This document shows positions 8,643-18,205 of a DNA stretch of 64,000 bases, in pieces. A model generated the notes under the pieces. That model saw only the letters and a list, made by a program, of their open reading frames with translations, was not told where the DNA came from and ran no database searches. The DNA is from an uncultured Poribacteria bacterium (GTDB taxonomy: Bacteria > Poribacteria > WGA-4E > WGA-3G): assembly GCA_958296135.2 (NCBI GenBank), contig CATQHZ020000001.1, positions 3,552,001-3,616,000 of the forward strand. The letters are read 5' to 3'. Position numbers and translations under genes: made by a program. The first letter of the stretch is position 1; the number at the start of each line of letters is the position of its first letter.

Positions 8643-9737
8643 CTACATACCGAGCACAACTGACAGAGCCGGCAAATGCGCGACAACCCCTGCGTGGTCT
8701 GACGGCCAGATGCCGGATGGGAGCAGGTCTGGCGTTTTGTCCCCCACCGTGTGCGTTACCACAGGCCCGGCGAGCTCATAATTCCGCACAAAAACCTGGT
8801 CGATGCGATATGACAACCCACTCTCTGCATTTCCGAGCCCGGCGGCTTGACAACAGGTATTCCCCGTAACACCAGCCTCCATCTGCCATACGTCAACATA
8901 TCCTGCCGATAACAGCATCTGGTAGGCAGTGCCCTCAGGTGCCGCCGTGTTAAAATCGCCTAGTAAAATAATAGGCAATGTTTCATCGTGAAGAAGCGTT
9001 AGCAACTCCTGCGCTTGCGCAACCCGAATCGGTTCCCCGAACGCCTCTAGGTGCGTATTAACAACGCGATAGGTAACCCCGCCAACCGTCGCATCTATGG
9101 CGACGTACCCTCTCGGTACCTCCAGGAGGAGGGTTTCAATAGAGAGCGCGTTCATAAAATTCGCGCTTTCCACGCGTGAAACGCCGACATCGCTGCGCGC
9201 GAGGAGCACATCAAAGTCAGTCAGCCGCGCGTCGTCAATCCCGGCATCAGTGAACATCGGCATCTCAATGTCAATGTTTTCGACTTTAGCGGCAACCTGA
9301 TAACTCAAGCCTTCCGCTTGTAGTGCGTCCATCAAAATTTGCAAAAAATCGAGGACGACTTCTTCCGCCTGCACTTCGCCTCCGGCAATCCTATCTCCCG
9401 GGGACTGCAGCCTCACCAAAGATACCTCTTGTAATCCGACGATGTGCGGTTGCGCAGTCTTGATAGACTTGGCAATTGCCGTGGCGCGCGCCGGAAAATC
9501 CGAGGCGATAACACCGTTATACATGTTGGCGACTTCTGTCGGCACCTGCAGCAGATTCGTTGTGGCCAGAAGCGGGTCCGCGCTCGCACCAACGTAGACG
9601 TTGTAAGTCATTACCGACAGCTGTTCCACTTCGGGGGCATCAACAGGCGGTGCGATAATTGTGTCGCTCATTTTCTCACATCCGGAAAGGATAGCGAGGC
9701 ATATAAACAACGAAAAAACAATTTTGACTCGTGACAT
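8643..9737 (-). CDS. Endonuclease/exonuclease/phosphatase family lipoprotein
   Basis: LSGC lipobox, MTYNV, GLQEV, NTHL, GDFN, RID, PSDH motifs. Confidence 0.9.
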   Translation of the reverse strand: MSRVKIVFSLFICLAILSGCEKMSDTIIAPPVDAPEVEQLSVMTYNVYVGASADPLLATTNLLQVPTEVANMYNGVIASDFPARATAIAKSIKTAQPHIVGLQEVSLVRLQSPGDRIAGGEVQAEEVVLDFLQILMDALQAEGLSYQVAAKVENIDIEMPMFTDAGIDDARLTDFDVLLARSDVGVSRVESANFMNALSIETLLLEVPRGYVAIDATVGGVTYRVVNTHLEAFGEPIRVAQAQELLTLLHDETLPIILLGDFNTAAPEGTAYQMLLSAGYVDVWQMEAGVTGNTCCQAAGLGNAESGLSYRIDQVFVRNYELAGPVVTHTVGDKTPDLLPSGIWPSDHAGVVAHLPALSVVLGM

Positions 9738-9830
9738 AATTTCATATCTCCTTTCAATTATTACAGAAATTAGCCAAGGCGCACCCCGCGTAAGCGGAGA
9801 CGCAGAAGCAGTTTTCTTGCCAAGGCATCC

Positions 9831-11255
9831 TTACCGAACGCTTGGCGACAATACAGAAGAGGCATACAAAAACTCCCCGTCCATCGCGGTTAATTTGACA
9901 CGTAGAATGTGGTTAATCGATGCCTCCGGCGTATCGACGAGGACACGCAGATAGTTATCCGTAAAGCCGGCAAGGTGTTGCGCTTGTCCCTCGCGGCTAT
10001 CTTCAACGAGCAATTCCGTATCCTTTCCAAGCATCCGTCGTCGAAACGCCGTGCCGAGTTGCTGGCCTAACTGAATCATTGCGCGGCTCCGCGCGGCGGA
10101 GACATGCGGTGGAACCTGGGCTTCGTAGGTGGCAGCAGGCGTGCCTTTGCGGGGCGAATACCGAAACACATGCAGCTGACTGAAGCCAATCTGCTCCACA
10201 AATTGAAGGGATGTCTCAAAATCGGCATCGGTTTCACCGGGAAACCCTACCATGATGTCGGTAGTCATCCCGACATCATCGGTGAAGAGCGTCCGCAGTC
10301 TCTCAACGAGGTGTGCGAACTGCGCCGTGGTATAGCGGCGCCGCATGCGCTGCAAGACGTTATCAGCACCGGATTGCAGTGGGAGATGGAAGTGCGGCAT
10401 ACACTTCGGCAATGCGGCCATCCGTTCCGCGAGGACATCTGGAAAATACATCGGTTCAATGGAACTGAACCGGATGCGCGTGATGCCTTCAATTCCGTGA
10501 ATCCGTTCTAAAATGTCGGCGATATCCTTGTCTCTACCCGAATCCAACCCATAAGCACCGAGGTGCACACCGGTGATAACGATTTCCTTAATGCCGTTGT
10601 CCGCGATGCGACGCGCTTCGTCCACGATGTCGGCAAGTGGACGGCTCGTCATGCGGCCGCGCACATAAGGGATAATGCAGTAAGTGCAGAAGGCACTGCA
10701 CCCATCTTGCACCTTGATAAGCGCGCGCGTCCGTTTCCCCGCGCTACTCACCCCGCTGCTGAACCGTGCGTGTTCTCGAACTGCGTCGTGTTTTTCGTAT
10801 TGGCGCAATGCGTTTGATAACGTCTCCGGTGCAATGAAGTCACTCTTCGTAGCACCGCGCGCCCCTTTGTTGCCTGCGGCGTTCCTCTGGCTGATTTGTT
10901 CAGCATCTAATGCGTCCAGATACGTCTGAAAATCCGCCTTTTCGCGATTGCCGAAGACCACGGTGACACCCGGAATCTTCTCTATCGCCCCCCGGTCGCT
11001 CTCAGCGTAGCACCCTGTGACAAGCACTTTCGCATCGGGTGCTTCTCGGAGCACCCGGCGGATAACCTGACGTGCCTTCTGGTCTGCAGTATTTGTGACG
11101 GTGCAGGTATTAATAAGATAGAGATCGGCGCGAGGCGTTTCCTCAACGACAGTGTAGCCGTTGCGAAGAAGCGTCTCCTGCATCGACTGCGTATCGTATT
11201 GGTTCACCTTGCATCCCATTGTAATGAGTTTAACTGTTTTCATCTCTATAGACAT
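9831..11255 (-). CDS. mtaB: tRNA t6A37 methylthiotransferase
   Basis: GCKVNQY, NTCTVT, TGCYA, QDGCSAFCTYCIIP radical-SAM motif, TRAM-like end; follows rsmE. Confidence 0.92.
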   Translation of the reverse strand: MSIEMKTVKLITMGCKVNQYDTQSMQETLLRNGYTVVEETPRADLYLINTCTVTNTADQKARQVIRRVLREAPDAKVLVTGCYAESDRGAIEKIPGVTVVFGNREKADFQTYLDALDAEQISQRNAAGNKGARGATKSDFIAPETLSNALRQYEKHDAVREHARFSSGVSSAGKRTRALIKVQDGCSAFCTYCIIPYVRGRMTSRPLADIVDEARRIADNGIKEIVITGVHLGAYGLDSGRDKDIADILERIHGIEGITRIRFSSIEPMYFPDVLAERMAALPKCMPHFHLPLQSGADNVLQRMRRRYTTAQFAHLVERLRTLFTDDVGMTTDIMVGFPGETDADFETSLQFVEQIGFSQLHVFRYSPRKGTPAATYEAQVPPHVSAARSRAMIQLGQQLGTAFRRRMLGKDTELLVEDSREGQAQHLAGFTDNYLRVLVDTPEASINHILRVKLTAMDGEFLYASSVLSPSVR

Positions 11256-11380
11256 TAAGGGACTAACGGTGCTTCATCTACCTATTGCGAGGGGCACCCT
11301 CGGCGATTAGTGATCGCCGGGCCCTCGCGCTGCAGTAACTAGGGATTCCGAAGGACCGGCCCTCGCTCTTGGTTAATTGC

Positions 11381-12148
11381 CTACGGATAGTATTCATAAA
11401 CGACAACTGCGACGCAGGCAATCGCAGCTGTTTCTGTCCGCAAGATATGCCGCCCGAGTGTTACAGGAATGCATCCCTTTTCTCTCGCAGCGTTCACCTC
11501 TTCCGTCGAGAATCCGCCTTCCGGTCCGATAAAAATGGCGATGGCTTCTGCGGGTGGTGCTTGCCCTTCCCACTTTTCACGTAGGGCGATGGCTTGTCCT
11601 GCGCGATGCCTCAACACTGTTTTGATATGTCGTTCCTGCTCATTTTCGCTGCAGATTAGGCAGAGCGCGAACTTCTCTATCTGCGTAAGACACTCTTCAA
11701 ACTCTTGTGCGCGTGACAATTCGGGTAGCCAAGCGCGTCTGCATTGCTTTGTCGCGGAGACAACGACGCGCTGCCACCTTTCACACCGTTTCTGGCTCGG
11801 CTTTTGCAGCGAACGTTGCGAATGCATCGGCACAACCTGTGTCACACCGAGTTCTGTCGTTTTCTGCAGAATGAGCTCCATTTTATCATGCTTTGGCATT
11901 CCCTGAAAAAGCGTGAGTGACGGCGAAATCGGCGCGTGAAATGCATGAGACAGAACCTCTGCCTGTGTTGCAACTGCCATCTCCGTATCAAGCACGGTCG
12001 CGATATAGACTGTCCCCTCGCCATCAATAAGAGAGATATTCTCCCCCGGTCGGACACGGAGCACATTCCGGAGATGGTGATGCTCATGCCCTGTAATTGT
12101 CGCGATGTCTCCCTCAAACTGCGAAGGCGCGGCATAAAAGGTGTGCAT
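11381..12148 (-). CDS. rsmE: 16S rRNA m3U1498 methyltransferase
   Basis: HHLRNVLR, QKTTELGV, IGPEGGF, LGRHILRTETA; start placed at ATG 12148. Confidence 0.92.
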   Translation of the reverse strand: MHTFYAAPSQFEGDIATITGHEHHHLRNVLRVRPGENISLIDGEGTVYIATVLDTEMAVATQAEVLSHAFHAPISPSLTLFQGMPKHDKMELILQKTTELGVTQVVPMHSQRSLQKPSQKRCERWQRVVVSATKQCRRAWLPELSRAQEFEECLTQIEKFALCLICSENEQERHIKTVLRHRAGQAIALREKWEGQAPPAEAIAIFIGPEGGFSTEEVNAAREKGCIPVTLGRHILRTETAAIACVAVVVYEYYP

Positions 12149-12245
12149 CTGTCTCACCGTTCCGTTTAACGTAAGTGTAACGTACGCGCCCGTTGCTCCA
12201 GAGCATGCAGTCGTATTGCCGAATGTCGCATATAGAAATCCGCCC

Positions 12246-12899
12246 TTACCCTTGCCGCAACTTTTCAATGACGACTGCCGGCTGCGGGCTTCGGAAAATA
12301 GCCGTTCCTGCGACAAGAATCGTCGCACCCTTTTGGACTGCTAGCGGCGCGATTGCCGGCGTTACGCCGCCGTCAACCGAAATCTCAACGGCGAGGTTTT
12401 GTGCGTCAATCATTTGACGCAATCGCGCTATTTTTGCAAGGGCACTCCGTTGAAATGTTTGTCCTCCACGGCCCGGTTCAACGCTCATCGGTAGCACCAG
12501 ATCGAGCTGCGAAAGATAAGGGATAACCGTATCAATAGAGGTTTCCGGCGATAAGGCTAAACCGACCTTGATGCCGCGCGCTTTAATTCCGGCGATGACC
12601 GCGGCTGGTGCATCGGCACTTTCGATGTGGAACGTAATCATATCCGCCCCTGCCGTTGCGAGCGCATCCAGATAACGGAATGGGTGCGTTACCATGATGT
12701 GAACATCAAAAGGCACATCTGTCGTTTTGCGGAGCGCGGCGATAGTCAACGGACTGATGGCAAAATAGGGAACAAATTCGCCATCCATGACATCAAAATG
12801 GAGCAGATCTGCCCCGGCTGCGACTATTCGCGTCACCTCCTCACCGAATCGGGTAAAATCAGATGCCAGCATCGAAGGGGCAATTTTCAGTTTAAACAT
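12246..12899 (-). CDS. rpe: Ribulose-phosphate 3-epimerase
   Basis: IAPSML, HFDVMDG, DVHIMV, MSVEPG, VDGG. Confidence 0.92.
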   Translation of the reverse strand: MFKLKIAPSMLASDFTRFGEEVTRIVAAGADLLHFDVMDGEFVPYFAISPLTIAALRKTTDVPFDVHIMVTHPFRYLDALATAGADMITFHIESADAPAAVIAGIKARGIKVGLALSPETSIDTVIPYLSQLDLVLPMSVEPGRGGQTFQRSALAKIARLRQMIDAQNLAVEISVDGGVTPAIAPLAVQKGATILVAGTAIFRSPQPAVVIEKLRQG

Positions 12900-12953
12900 G
12901 TTTTTCAACTACGATTGACGCAGAACCAAATGCAACGGAACAAACTTGAAATT

Positions 12954-12979
12954 GGGCGGATAGAGACATCCGCCCTTAC
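12954..12979. repeat. Palindromic repeat family R4 (GGGCGGATAGAGACATCCGCCCTTAC)
   Basis: Identical copy at 52429-52454; variant at 34511-34542. Confidence 0.85.
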
Positions 12980-13076
12980 ATTTTCTAGGCACCCTCGGCG
13001 ACAGAACAAACCCGGGAGGCGCGGTCGCCAATCGTGCACATTTGAAAAGCATGCCTAGGGATAAGAATGCCGGAAC

Positions 13077-14054
13077 CTATTGATAATGAATTTCAGGCAA
13101 TCTATTCCCATCTTCGTATATGTTCACACGTGTGCTACCGAAAACCCGAACGCCTTGCCTATCCAAGTCAACCACAGTGCCGGGGGCATAGTGCCGGTCT
13201 ACCACGGTGCGTTCGCCGTGTTCATCACTGACAACGATTCGGATATGTCGCGACAGATTCCCCTCCTCGCTCACTAGGTGCTTCAGGGGGAGCAATCGCC
13301 CGATGTCTTTCGTTTCCCTTCGCGCGCCGCTGACTTCAAGTTGAACGGTGCTGCCGCCTTGGATGAGTTCACCTGCGGCAGGTTTATGCGTAATAATGCG
13401 CCCCTTCGGAATCTTCGGGTGCGGACTATACTGGATTTCAACCTTGAGCCCTACCTCTTCTAGTTTCGGTCCCACCTCTCTCACAGGCTGTGTGCGGAGA
13501 TCTGGCAGTTGGATGCTTTGCGGCATTGCGCCGAGACTCACCAAGAGGTTCACATCGCTCCCCCGCTGTTGTCCACCCCCTTCAGGTGGCGATTGCGCGA
13601 TGACGGTATTCGGCAGATACTTCGCCGAATGGACGTAGGCGAACCGGTTGGGCCGAAACCCTGCGGCGGTGAGTGTCGCGCGCGCCTCATCCAGCTGTTT
13701 TCCGATAACAGAGATAACCGGTGCCAACTCCGCACCGATGCTCACGGCAATTTCAACCGGCTGATACGACTTGATCCGGAAATTCGCCGGCGGATTTTGG
13801 GAGACGATTTCGCCTTTGGGCGTGGTGCTACTCGCTTCCAGAATAGTCTCAGCGGGACGCAACCCGGCTTCATCAAGCACGCGCACCGCTTCATAATAGG
13901 GCTTCCCGGTGACGTTCGGGACAACGACTTCCTCCGTCCGGACCCACCGTGGCATCACCACAAGAATCGTCAGCACGCCGACAATGCCGAGCACAATCAA
14001 GCAATAAAGCAACACTTTGAATATCGCAAATAAGGGATTGTTGATGCCTTTCAT
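13077..14054 (-). CDS. Membrane-anchored protein with three PASTA domains
   Basis: TM, then VPNVTG..IVSQNP, VIAQSP and LPDL..IITHKP repeats; no kinase domain. Confidence 0.85.
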   Translation of the reverse strand: MKGINNPLFAIFKVLLYCLIVLGIVGVLTILVVMPRWVRTEEVVVPNVTGKPYYEAVRVLDEAGLRPAETILEASSTTPKGEIVSQNPPANFRIKSYQPVEIAVSIGAELAPVISVIGKQLDEARATLTAAGFRPNRFAYVHSAKYLPNTVIAQSPPEGGGQQRGSDVNLLVSLGAMPQSIQLPDLRTQPVREVGPKLEEVGLKVEIQYSPHPKIPKGRIITHKPAAGELIQGGSTVQLEVSGARRETKDIGRLLPLKHLVSEEGNLSRHIRIVVSDEHGERTVVDRHYAPGTVVDLDRQGVRVFGSTRVNIYEDGNRLPEIHYQ

Positions 14055-14146
14055 TTTTTGGGATTTCCTAGCGGTGGTTTGACATTGTCCCCCAAAACAC
14101 TAAAACTTGCACTCTTTCGATTAGCCACGTCACCCCCCGCGTAAAG

Positions 14147-15190
14147 TCACGTTATCAAACGCGGGGCGACACTACAAAATCTCTCGCCGGTTTTCAGGTG
14201 GTATCCGTTTACAAAATCGCGCGCGTCCATCGCCTTCTTCGTTGCAGGTTGAACTTGCAAGAGTTGAAGCGTTCCTTCCCCCGTTGCGACGAGCAGCTGC
14301 GGTTCACCCGCTTCCACCCTCCCGTAGCGCGGGGGCCTGTCCGCCGCGTTTCTGACAATCTCAATTGTTCCCGGAAGCAAGGTGGGTGCCTGCTGCAGTG
14401 GCAGACAGCGGAGAATCTTGAGTCGCATATCCTCCCTGAAAAAGGCATACGCGCCGGGCCAACCTGCGGTGCCTCTCACGAGATTGTGGATAGCGGTTGC
14501 GGCGCAGTGCCAGTCAATGTGCCCTGTCTCCTTTGTGAGGCGCGGTGCGTGCGTCGCTTCGTCGTGATGCTGCGGCATCGAGAGGGGTGGCGCGCCCGCC
14601 GGCATCTCTGTCAGCACCTGCACCAACAACTTGGCACCGAGGCACGCTAACTTCTCCATCAACGTTCCGGTTGTATCCTCATCCCCAATGAGAATCCGTT
14701 CTGCACAGATAATCTCGCCGGTATCCTCTCCCGCGTCCAGCAACATCAGCGTGATGCCTGTCTCGGGCTCGCCGTTGATTAGTGCCCATTGCACCGGGGC
14801 AGCCCCTCGGTACTTCGGAAGGAGAGATGGATGCAGGTTGATAGTACCGCACGGCGGGATGTCCAACATCGCTTGCGGCAGCAGCTGCCCGAAAGCGGCG
14901 ACGATGATGACATCCGGCGCGAGGCGTTCCAGCGTTCGGATAAAACTGCGCCGCCGAACCTTTTCCGGTTGATAAACCGGTAGGTTGTGCTGTTCCGCTA
15001 CCACCTTGACAAGCGGCGGCGTAAGTTGTCTGCCGCGTCCACTGCGCCGGTCGGGCTGCGTAACGACACCGATGAGCTCATATTTGTGGGCTATTAATGC
15101 GCTCAGTGCCGGAACCGCAAATTCACTGGTGCCCATAAAGAGAATTTTCGTCTGTCGCAATGCGTTTGATAACGTTTTCCGTGCAATCAC
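14147..15190 (-). CDS. fmt: Methionyl-tRNA formyltransferase
   Basis: FMGTSEFA, VTQPD, NLHPSLLPKYRGAAP. Confidence 0.95.
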   Translation of the reverse strand: MIARKTLSNALRQTKILFMGTSEFAVPALSALIAHKYELIGVVTQPDRRSGRGRQLTPPLVKVVAEQHNLPVYQPEKVRRRSFIRTLERLAPDVIIVAAFGQLLPQAMLDIPPCGTINLHPSLLPKYRGAAPVQWALINGEPETGITLMLLDAGEDTGEIICAERILIGDEDTTGTLMEKLACLGAKLLVQVLTEMPAGAPPLSMPQHHDEATHAPRLTKETGHIDWHCAATAIHNLVRGTAGWPGAYAFFREDMRLKILRCLPLQQAPTLLPGTIEIVRNAADRPPRYGRVEAGEPQLLVATGEGTLQLLQVQPATKKAMDARDFVNGYHLKTGERFCSVAPRLIT

Positions 15191-15258
15191 GTATCTGTTC
15201 CTTTGAACCTACACAAATCGAGACAAGAGCAGAGATAACGTCTATTGCGTTACCATCT

Positions 15259-16431
15259 CTACCGTGTGGTTTGCAGCGAGTATCTCGCTGGAGGAACCCT
15301 CAAAGCACGTGACATTTCCGCTATGAAAATACCGCGTGCGCCGTTCAAATCCCTGTCACACCGATGACCGTCTGCATCAGTAATCACCTTCGCACCGCCG
15401 AGGTTCTCGACAATGTTACCTGTCCAGCTAATCGTCTTTGACGTATATGCTTCATTGGCATCAACTACAAGAACACCGTATTCCTTCGCCTTTTGCTTCA
15501 GGAACATTTTGAACTGGTAATGCGATAACGTGAGCATTTGTCGGACAGACTTTTTACGGAGCTTCCTCGCACCACGCTTTGTCATCTGCTTTGTTTCAAA
15601 CGTCGGCAGCAGGATAACGTCGTAAGTATTGACAAGGAAGTGTGCAACTTTCTTGTGTAGTTCCTTCACAAGATTACGGATTTTTAACTGAATCTTCTGT
15701 GCGCATTTTCGCAAGGTGCGCCGTAGCGGACGCTTTACTTGTGTTGCGCGGGCGTAGAGATTATCTGCATGTTGGCAGAGCCTCTGGATACGATTAATTG
15801 CATGATGTCCGAGCCAGCCGAACGCCGTTTCAGAAAACATTGTCATGAACGTCCGAACGCCAGGGTCGAGTGCTACGATATGTCCGCTTGAGTCTCGCGG
15901 TTTTGTTTTCTCGATGTAGCTGACGTTCATATAAAACCTGTCATGTTGCATGACGATGCGACTCTCCTTTACCTCAGATTCATGGTCACGTTCCGCCTTC
16001 TTGCCAGGACCTTGCGGCTTCGCGGGGAGCGGTTCTGTCATCTTCATTTCACCGAGTAAGCGGACATAAAAACCATGAGTTTTGATGAACTGCGCACACA
16101 GGTAAAACGACTTTGTGGTGTTCTTCTTCCTGCGGAACTTTACGCGTTGCGGTTCACCTGTTTCCTTCCACTTTCGCCGTGCTGCAGTCACCGCTTTCTG
16201 TGCATCCATCACTGCACCGACACGGATATGTCGAGGACAATTCGATGTCCACTCAGGCAGTGTTTTTAGCAAGTCGGGCGCATACACCTTGCGTCCTTTG
16301 TTAAACTGCTTCACCGCCTCGTTGTAGACGTAACGTGAGATACCTTCCCACCTACGGAGTCTCGCTTTCTGTGCCGTTGTGGGTAAGATTTCGATCTGCT
16401 TTGATTTCGTCACGGTAGCGTCGGAGTCCAT
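15259..16431 (-). CDS. tnpB: IS607 TnpB RNA-guided nuclease
   Basis: ALDPGVRTF, VILLPTFE, NEAYTSKT, DRDLNGARGI; start placed at ATG 16431 overlapping the end of tnpA. Confidence 0.9.
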   Translation of the reverse strand: MDSDATVTKSKQIEILPTTAQKARLRRWEGISRYVYNEAVKQFNKGRKVYAPDLLKTLPEWTSNCPRHIRVGAVMDAQKAVTAARRKWKETGEPQRVKFRRKKNTTKSFYLCAQFIKTHGFYVRLLGEMKMTEPLPAKPQGPGKKAERDHESEVKESRIVMQHDRFYMNVSYIEKTKPRDSSGHIVALDPGVRTFMTMFSETAFGWLGHHAINRIQRLCQHADNLYARATQVKRPLRRTLRKCAQKIQLKIRNLVKELHKKVAHFLVNTYDVILLPTFETKQMTKRGARKLRKKSVRQMLTLSHYQFKMFLKQKAKEYGVLVVDANEAYTSKTISWTGNIVENLGGAKVITDADGHRCDRDLNGARGIFIAEMSRALRVPPARYSLQTTR

Positions 16432-16957
16432 ACATCCGTGAGGAAAAGACGTGGAGAATCTCCAGCAAATCGGAAGTAAGTTCCTGTTCGGGACTGTGAG
16501 TAGTTTGGTTGAGAACCACGACTTCTCCACCGTTTTGCTCGATAAGATATCGAATGACTTCGCTGCCGAAGCGGGCGAGTCTATCCCGATGGGCGACCAC
16601 AACGCGGCGTTTATCACCGCACAGGACTCTGTCCAATATCCGCTGGAGGCCTTTTCGCTTGAAGTTAATGCCACTGCCGAAGTCTTGGATAACTTCCGCT
16701 TGGGGGAACTTTTCTTGCATGTAGGCGACTTGCGAGGCGAGGGCGTCCGCCTGCGCTTTTCCGCTGACGCGGCAGTAGCAAATGGTAGAAATGTCTGGTT
16801 TTCGTTGAGCATCAACAAACTTCTGGACATCGTAACGCCGATGACCGCCTCCAGTGCGCACGCAGTCGATTTCGCCGCGGGCTTCCATCCTGCGAAGGTG
16901 CTCGATGGAAATATCCAACACCTGCGCAGCGTTTTGTGGTGACATTAGGTGATTCAT
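16352..16957 (-). CDS. tnpA: IS607 TnpA serine recombinase
   Basis: MerR-like HTH with RTGGGHRRY, YCRVSG, DFGSG, HRDRLARFG, FSSRMYGLR; TTGAAA-17-TATAAT ends 6 nt upstream of the ATG (leaderless). Confidence 0.93.
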   Translation of the reverse strand: MNHLMSPQNAAQVLDISIEHLRRMEARGEIDCVRTGGGHRRYDVQKFVDAQRKPDISTICYCRVSGKAQADALASQVAYMQEKFPQAEVIQDFGSGINFKRKGLQRILDRVLCGDKRRVVVAHRDRLARFGSEVIRYLIEQNGGEVVVLNQTTHSPEQELTSDLLEILHVFSSRMYGLRRYRDEIKADRNLTHNGTESETP

Positions 16958-17114
16958 ACCTACATTATACCACATTTATTCGATTTTTCAAGTTAAAACG
17001 ACATTTATACCGATTTACTCGGATTTTCGGGGTCCAGCACTCAACTCACCGTAGTTCCGCAGGGAGCGTTGTTGTCTGACGCGTTCCTGGTGCTAATGGC
17101 TATTTTTGCGTGAT

Positions 17115-17684
17115 TCAGAACGTAATGAGCAGGAGTGGCACTGCGACTCCAGCCGCTGGCTCACTTGCCCACCGATTGAGCACGTTAGCAGCATGGCTGT
17201 TGCGCGCGCGGGAACTTGCGCCTACAAACCTCGGTTGGTTCAATCGAGGTAGACGCGCGATGGGGCCCTCTACTGGTTCTGCCTCTTCAGTCGGCGGCGG
17301 CGGTTCCCGTTCCTGAATCCGCGGCGCAGCACTGTCTACATCGCGAGTCCGCCACCAATCCCACACGCCGATGAACAGCGATAACGATGCGGCACCGATG
17401 CCGATTATCCGATAATCCCGCGGGGATAATTCCGGCGCGAATTGATTCTCGCGATACATTTTGATACAGCGCGTCACCAGGTAACTGTGAACGGCGGTAA
17501 ACGGAAGAGAACTTAACGTGATAATCTCAAACCGGCGCAGCGCGCTCTCGTGATAGTGCTCCTGTGGTGCCTGCTGCGGTTGTTGCCCTGGCGGCAGCTG
17601 CGGCGTTTGGGCTAACGCCCGCGGTCCGACTGACAAAATAAGAACTATACTGACGACGAATAGCTGCAAGTTAAATTTGAACAT
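17115..17684 (-). CDS. Hypothetical membrane protein with signal peptide
   Basis: GGAGG RBS, signal peptide, RRFEIITLSSLPFT and a further TM segment. Confidence 0.6.
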   Translation of the reverse strand: MFKFNLQLFVVSIVLILSVGPRALAQTPQLPPGQQPQQAPQEHYHESALRRFEIITLSSLPFTAVHSYLVTRCIKMYRENQFAPELSPRDYRIIGIGAASLSLFIGVWDWWRTRDVDSAAPRIQEREPPPPTEEAEPVEGPIARLPRLNQPRFVGASSRARNSHAANVLNRWASEPAAGVAVPLLLITF

Positions 17685-17701
17685 AGGTTCCTCCGCTCGC
17701 G

Positions 17702-18205
17702 CTAGAAATTCTCGTCGCGCCGATGCCGGTTGCGGAAGATGTAAAAAATCAGCATCCCCGCGCCGATACACACCGACACATCGGCAACATTAAAGGTTGG
17801 CCAAAATAGTCCCCGGCTTTCAATACCAAATTGGAGAAAATCGACGACTGTTCCTAAGTAAACCCTATCAATAAAGTTTCCCACCGCGCCGCCAAGCAGG
17901 AAGCCGAGAGAAATGCGCATCCATCGGCTGTGCTGGAAGTAGAGGTAATAGACAAAAATGAAGGCTAAGGCGACAAACGTAACGAGAATCAGAAAAGTCC
18001 GCTGTCCTGCTAACACACCGAAAGCCGCGCCGCTGTTCCTATCGTGCCGAAGGTTGAAGAAACCGGGAATGATAGGATAGCCGCTCCCGTACGGCATGTG
18101 CTGTCGGATAAGCCATTTGCTCACCCAATCCAATGCCAGCACCGGCAGTGCCACGCCGATTACCGGGAGCGCGGTTCTCCAGGTGAAGTTCTTAAGGATT
18201 TTCAT
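17702..18205 (-). CDS. lspA: Lipoprotein signal peptidase II
   Basis: NSGAAFG, GAVGNFIDR, VVDF, FNVAD. Confidence 0.95.
   Translation of the reverse strand: MKILKNFTWRTALPVIGVALPVLALDWVSKWLIRQHMPYGSGYPIIPGFFNLRHDRNSGAAFGVLAGQRTFLILVTFVALAFIFVYYLYFQHSRWMRISLGFLLGGAVGNFIDRVYLGTVVDFLQFGIESRGLFWPTFNVADVSVCIGAGMLIFYIFRNRHRRDENF

Larger units (their letters stand above)
15231..17037 (-). mobile_element. IS607-family element (tnpA serine recombinase plus tnpB)
   Basis: tnpA-tnpB pair; ends inferred from comparison with the mini-copy at 27642-27729 (GAGTG|CT at the left end, TATCT|CT at the right end, minus strand). Confidence 0.85.

Noticed and set aside
16431-16830. Long N-terminal extension of TnpB
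   Set aside because: It overlaps tnpA in another frame; a start near 16431 fits normal TnpB length.
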